Shown: in pieces, positions 52,290 to 56,622 of the stretch | Numbering within the stretch: position 1 is the stretch's first letter | Layout of the letters: each line of letters opens with the position of its first letter | IMG/VR virus record: IMGVR_UViG_3300043399_000099 | Location: 1-56,622 of that record | Length of the DNA: 56,622 bases | Reading direction: 5' to 3' (one strand) | From: a virus | Lineage: Duplodnaviria > Caudoviricetes | Translations under genes and position numbers: made by a program | The notes under the pieces: generated by a model | Database searches by the model: none | Seen by the model: the letters and a program-made list of their open reading frames with translations, nothing else | What the model was told of the DNA's origin: nothing

Positions 52290-54367
52290 TGCATAGCTCC
52301 ACCAGTGTTGGCACTAAAGCCCTGCTCTCCGGGAACAGGCACAGAGCCAGTACCCATGTTACCACCACCAGAGCCAGTAGTATCCTGAGCCTGCACTCCT
52401 GCGGGAGCCTGTTGCCCTTGAGGAGCCTGAGGCTGTTGTGGTTGAGATGCTTGGAAGGTCTTAAGGATTTCAGCTTGGATAGCTGCACGTTGCATAGAGT
52501 TCGATACCTTATCAGGATCAAGCTCCATCGACTTGGCAATCTCACGAACAATGTAATCCAGTCGAGCAAAGGGTGCAAGCACTGGGTTTTGTACAACACT
52601 AAGGAACTGCATCAGACGCTGAGAACGTACTTCATTGGCCATCAAAGACTCAGTACCAGCAGCCTTCACCTCTAGGTCACCCTTAATCTCTGGGTCAAAG
52701 TCAAACTGCATGTTGAAGCTAAATAGTGCCTTACCAAGTGGGGCCAATAGATAATCATCAATGTTCTTCACTACAGTGCGGATAGAGCCGTTAGCTGCTG
52801 ACATAAGCATAGAGATACCAGAAGCGGTACGACCTACACCAGAGATACCTGTCTGTCCATGTGCAAACGAGGGGAAACCAGTAGACTCATCCGCCAAGAC
52901 ACGAGCCTTGTCAAACATCTGCATATTCTCGTTAGACACGTTAGGGAACTTTGTACCAAAGATAGCTTGTCCCGGAGCGCCACCTTGACGACGAAACACT
53001 TTTCCGGGGTAAACTGTAAGGTCTTGTCCGGGAACCAGATTGGTTTCATCTACTTCAATCAGTAAGTTACCGCTAAGTGCTGCGTTATCTACAGCCATAC
53101 GCATGAAGCCATTCATCAAAGTCTGAGTGTCGTCCATGTTCTCAGCAACGCCTACACCCCACATGGAGTAAGGGTTGACCTCATAAGGAACAACAAAGAA
53201 TGGGATAATGCTGGGGGTAAAGGGGTTAAGGACTAGACGTAGGATACGGCCATTGCAGAGCCAGATGTTTACAGCAATATTGTCTTTGTCTTTCAGTTCT
53301 TTGGGGATATCGACTTTGTGTTCTTCAAGAGTTTTTCTTTCGACATTACCCCAGAACTCTAGAACCTCGAAGCGTTCAGTGGCAACTTGCTGAGCAGAGT
53401 CTTCCATTGCCTGCTCCCACCACTCTTTAGTGTAGCTAGGGCCAAACTTAAGTGCAGTCTCAATCTCATTCTTACGGAAGAAGGGGCGTTTGCCTAGCTT
53501 ACGCAATTCGCTGTAGGACATCTTATGACGCTCAATAGCGTACTCAGCCTCTTCCATATTGTGTGCGTCCGGGTCAGGGTAGAAGTTCCAAACGGATACA
53601 TTAGATACCATTGGTACAGTTTTGATAGTTGGTGAATAGGTACCTTCATCATCCCACTTGGGGTATTCCTTATCTACAGCAAATGGCCCCTTCATAATGC
53701 CAGTACCAAACAGGGCGCACTCTAGAGCAGTAGCACGAAGATGTTTGTTTGCCGAGGATTCTTCCAACTGATCATGGATTTTCTTTTCCATCTTCTTAGC
53801 TGCAATCATAGCAGGCTCGAAGGTGACCTGTGTAGGAGTCATACCGGGGCCACTACGAACTTCTTGAATAGGGCCAAGTTCATTCTTCATAGAACCAATA
53901 CGTTCCATGTAAGTCTGCATGGTTTCTCCGGGAAGCAGCGGCTCAATACCAACAGCTTTCTCGGCCTTCTTAACCTCGTCGTTAGTCTCAATGTGGAATG
54001 ACTCGACTACACCTTCTGGCAAGGTCGTAGGGTCAATAACAATCGGGAACCTACCATTACCAAAAAGAACTTCAGACATTTGACCATAGGCAGCAAGCAC
54101 CTTAGTCTTAGTCACCTTTACAAATACACGAGACTTTTCCGAGTTGTTAAACTTTACATCTTCACCATAGATACCACGATAATTTTTGTATGCGGTAATC
54201 CAGCGAGTCTCTTCTGTCTTACGGGAAGTTTCTGCTTTACTGAAACGCTCCTCAACATATGCTACGATACCACCAGCAGGTTTATCTAGAGGTGTATCCC
54301 CAGAGGTATCTTCTACAGCCAGCATCTTAATGCCATCAGTCGAGAGGTTGTCTTCTTCCATCTTCAT
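52286..54367 (-). CDS. Portal protein
   Basis: S.VFVK.TKTKV.AA, GTG..KGP, W.FYPDP, RTASG.SML motifs. Confidence 0.92.
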   Translation of the reverse strand: MKMEEDNLSTDGIKMLAVEDTSGDTPLDKPAGGIVAYVEERFSKAETSRKTEETRWITAYKNYRGIYGEDVKFNNSEKSRVFVKVTKTKVLAAYGQMSEVLFGNGRFPIVIDPTTLPEGVVESFHIETNDEVKKAEKAVGIEPLLPGETMQTYMERIGSMKNELGPIQEVRSGPGMTPTQVTFEPAMIAAKKMEKKIHDQLEESSANKHLRATALECALFGTGIMKGPFAVDKEYPKWDDEGTYSPTIKTVPMVSNVSVWNFYPDPDAHNMEEAEYAIERHKMSYSELRKLGKRPFFRKNEIETALKFGPSYTKEWWEQAMEDSAQQVATERFEVLEFWGNVERKTLEEHKVDIPKELKDKDNIAVNIWLCNGRILRLVLNPFTPSIIPFFVVPYEVNPYSMWGVGVAENMDDTQTLMNGFMRMAVDNAALSGNLLIEVDETNLVPGQDLTVYPGKVFRRQGGAPGQAIFGTKFPNVSNENMQMFDKARVLADESTGFPSFAHGQTGISGVGRTASGISMLMSAANGSIRTVVKNIDDYLLAPLGKALFSFNMQFDFDPEIKGDLEVKAAGTESLMANEVRSQRLMQFLSVVQNPVLAPFARLDYIVREIAKSMELDPDKVSNSMQRAAIQAEILKTFQASQPQQPQAPQGQQAPAGVQAQDTTGSGGGNMGTGSVPVPGEQGFSANTGGAMQ

Positions 54368-54379
54368 TTCCCGTCTAGG

Positions 54380-55828
54380 TTAGTAACCAAAGGTCAAATC
54401 AGCAATCTGAGAATCATAGTTGCTGTAGCTTGTATCCATATCAAACATGCCAGTACTTGGGCGAGTCATTACACCGTACCGCAGAGCATCGTAGAGGTGG
54501 TCTTCAGAGTTTGTATCCACATCTTCAGGGTTAGACTTGCTGAGGGGTATAGAGGGTAGCTGAGAGATCAGGTTTCGGCATGTATTAAAGATAACCATAC
54601 GGGGTTCTTCCGTATACTCATCTATCTGTAGTCTTCTATGTATCTCGTTCTTACCTGCGATGCGTGATCCACGGCTTCTATCTGCAGGTCTCCAACGGCA
54701 TCCCTTAAGGATCATACGTTCTGCAATACTTGGGCCAGTGTCACCACGCTTGTGCCAGAGAGAGGAGTCAAGTACACCATAACGAATCTTTTCTCCATAC
54801 TCTGCACGAAGTACTTGGTCAGCCAAATCCTCTGCCAAAACTTTAGATACATAAAGTTCTCTATACACAATCAACTGACCACTAGGAGCAACAGCAAACC
54901 ATACAATACCACTATAAGAGCTATAACCATAATCTGCTGCACGGAATCTTGGCCAATTACTTGGGATATCAAAAGGTTCAATCGTATGTATCTTGCGGTT
55001 AAACTCTGAGAATGCTGCACCTTCTGCTACATCCCAGTTGCCTTCAAGAAGTTGTTTACGTTGATGCTCAGGTAGAGACATCAGGTTAGCTTCGTACATC
55101 CCATCTTCGGCAAGGTATGGGTTATCATAAAGAGTAGCAGGAATAAACCTGCGTTGAAACAATGGCTCACCAGCACGAACATGGTTGTCTGGCCACTTAA
55201 GTATCTCACCTGTTTCTGGATCAATGGCCCAAAAAGCTTTACCCGGTTTTGCAGGGTCGATGAAAGCTTTCTTTACCCAACCATGTCCAGCACCACCGGG
55301 GTTAGTTGTTGCTCTTTGGTATAGTTTTAGTCCACTTGCTTTGGTAGTACGCAAACGAGAACGCATGTAGTTCCAAGCAAAAGGACTAGCCCACTGTGTA
55401 AGCTCGTCGAAACCAATCCAGTTGTACGCTTGGCCCTGATAGCGAGTAACGTCATCATCAGCATCAAGGTAACTCATCCAGAGTGTTGCACCAGATGGGG
55501 CTACCCAAGTCTTATCTCTCTCAAGAAACTTAATTCCGGGGATAGCCTTGGGGTACAACACTTTCGAAACAGACACAAGTTCCCTAAGTTCTTCCGTAGA
55601 CTTACGAACCAGAAGCATCTTAGCGTGTTCGTTGTTGAGAAAGCGTACAGGGTCTGCTAACATAGCATAAGATTTACCACCACCAGCAGCACCACCATAC
55701 AAAACTTCTTGTTCATCAGCAGAAAGAAAGGCTGTTTGAGGGCCATCATTAGGCTTAAAGATTACTTCTCTAGCCTTCTTTTCGTCAATCTGCTGTGGCT
55801 TCGGCTGTGCTGGTACTGTTAGTTTCAC
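54380..55828 (-). CDS. terL: Terminase large subunit (GTG start at 55828 inferred; frame open to 55945)
   Basis: YGGAAGGGKS, FDEL, TTNPGG, DYGY, EDH.YDALRY. Confidence 0.93.
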   Translation of the reverse strand: MKLTVPAQPKPQQIDEKKAREVIFKPNDGPQTAFLSADEQEVLYGGAAGGGKSYAMLADPVRFLNNEHAKMLLVRKSTEELRELVSVSKVLYPKAIPGIKFLERDKTWVAPSGATLWMSYLDADDDVTRYQGQAYNWIGFDELTQWASPFAWNYMRSRLRTTKASGLKLYQRATTNPGGAGHGWVKKAFIDPAKPGKAFWAIDPETGEILKWPDNHVRAGEPLFQRRFIPATLYDNPYLAEDGMYEANLMSLPEHQRKQLLEGNWDVAEGAAFSEFNRKIHTIEPFDIPSNWPRFRAADYGYSSYSGIVWFAVAPSGQLIVYRELYVSKVLAEDLADQVLRAEYGEKIRYGVLDSSLWHKRGDTGPSIAERMILKGCRWRPADRSRGSRIAGKNEIHRRLQIDEYTEEPRMVIFNTCRNLISQLPSIPLSKSNPEDVDTNSEDHLYDALRYGVMTRPSTGMFDMDTSYSNYDSQIADLTFGY

Positions 55829-56225
55829 CTCTGGTTGCTGCTCCACCGACTCTGGCTTCAAGCTTTTCGGCTTTCGAGATGGCTTCTTTGTACCTTTCGG
55901 CAAAGTATCTGTGTGTTGCAGCTTCTGTCTTACGCTTGTACTCAAGTTTAATCCTCTTATACAGACCTACGTGAGAGATTACTCTTCCACTCTGTTCACT
56001 AAGCCAAGCTGCTACTGCACGATATGAGTAACGCTTAAGGTGTTTCTTTGCTTGTTCAAGAAGTTCCAATTCCTTAACGACAGGAAGCAGAACATCCTTA
56101 TCTTCTGTGTCTTCTACATACCCAAAAGGTACTTGTCTACCTATACGAACAACTGGCTTCCACTCGAAGTGGTCACCATGATCTGTAGGTTTAGGTAGCT
56201 TCCATTCTTTTTTGATTTTTGTCAT
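55785..56225 (-). CDS. HTH-like protein (recombinase DNA-binding-like PFGY motif), probably leaderless
   Basis: VPFGY...SYR.VA.WL...GR.ISH.GL. Confidence 0.7.
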   Translation of the reverse strand: MTKIKKEWKLPKPTDHGDHFEWKPVVRIGRQVPFGYVEDTEDKDVLLPVVKELELLEQAKKHLKRYSYRAVAAWLSEQSGRVISHVGLYKRIKLEYKRKTEAATHRYFAERYKEAISKAEKLEARVGGAATRGETNSTSTAEATAD

Positions 56226-56231
56226 GTGAAA

Positions 56232-56260
56232 TTTATACTATGAATGGCTCTACTTGTCAA
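56232..56260 (-). promoter_or_regulatory. Promoter TTGACA-N17-TATAAA
   Basis: Near-consensus boxes; ATG 6 nt downstream. Confidence 0.7.
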
Positions 56261-56619
56261 TCACTATTTTTAGCAGGAAGGATAAACAGTGGGGTATCAG
56301 TCTCAACTTTAATTTCTTCTTTAGCCTTGAAGCCACCACGATCTAGGATATCCTTAGCCGCAGTCATCTTCTCCTTGTTACCAAGAGCAGTTGGATCATT
56401 CATAACTTCAAACATACTGAATGCAGCCTTAACTCCAACATGGGCAATGAACTTCTTGGTAAGCTCAGCGATCTCATCCTCAAGGCTAGTCACAATGTCC
56501 TTAGTGGAATAGTTATCACTGTAGCCAGCCAGCTTCTTAGCTTGTACAAAATCACCCCGTGCCTCTTCAAAGAGGACAGAAAGAAATCTCTGTTGGTTAT
56601 CTGTAAGCTCTCTAGCCAT
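56257..56619 (-). CDS. Putative terminase small subunit
   Basis: LT..Q..F....A...AGYS and A...LDR.G motifs; upstream of terL. Confidence 0.7.
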   Translation of the reverse strand: MARELTDNQQRFLSVLFEEARGDFVQAKKLAGYSDNYSTKDIVTSLEDEIAELTKKFIAHVGVKAAFSMFEVMNDPTALGNKEKMTAAKDILDRGGFKAKEEIKVETDTPLFILPAKNSD

Positions 56620-56622
56620 GTT
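56385..56622. repeat. Terminal direct repeat, copy 2
   Basis: Matches 1-238 with one mismatch. Confidence 0.97.

Noticed and set aside
1-56622. Alternative genetic code or introns/inteins in core genes
   Set aside because: Core genes are full length and uninterrupted in the standard code

Overview
This window is essentially one complete, circularly permuted ~56.4 kb genome of a tailed, podovirus-type dsDNA phage. Bases 1-238 repeat at 56385-56622 with one mismatch, in the middle of a gene, which indicates an assembly overlap. Two arms diverge from a non-coding region at ~3990-5130, the probable physical genome end. The + arm carries small early genes, tRNA-Arg(UCU), rIIA/rIIB, a tyrosine recombinase, ThyX, primase-helicase, a PcfJ-like protein, a family-A DNA polymerase, SSB, nucleases, a MazG-like protein, DUF1127, class II RNR, glutaredoxin and PhoH. 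The - arm carries lysis genes, a cluster of tiny basic proteins, terminase, portal, a 1301-aa mosaic head-region protein, scaffold, capsid, tail, fibres and ejection proteins. No RNA polymerase or CI-type repressor is evident. Gene content suggests an alphaproteobacterial (Rhodobacteraceae-like) host and resemblance to HMO-2011/CRP-type roseophages; this is inference from remembered family features, and no search was run. The most notable unexplained signals are: (1) five copies of a 17-23 bp palindrome GATA-TGTCGGA-NNN-TCCGACA-G punctuating the early region next to a candidate HTH gene; (2) an AT-rich effector-like domain fused to a conserved 'AEGG' virion module between portal and scaffold; (3) structured RNA leaders with a shared C-rich internal loop before the capsid and scaffold genes; (4) two paralogous AT-rich promoter/iteron modules, one directly upstream of the recombinase. 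All product calls come from motif recognition by eye.
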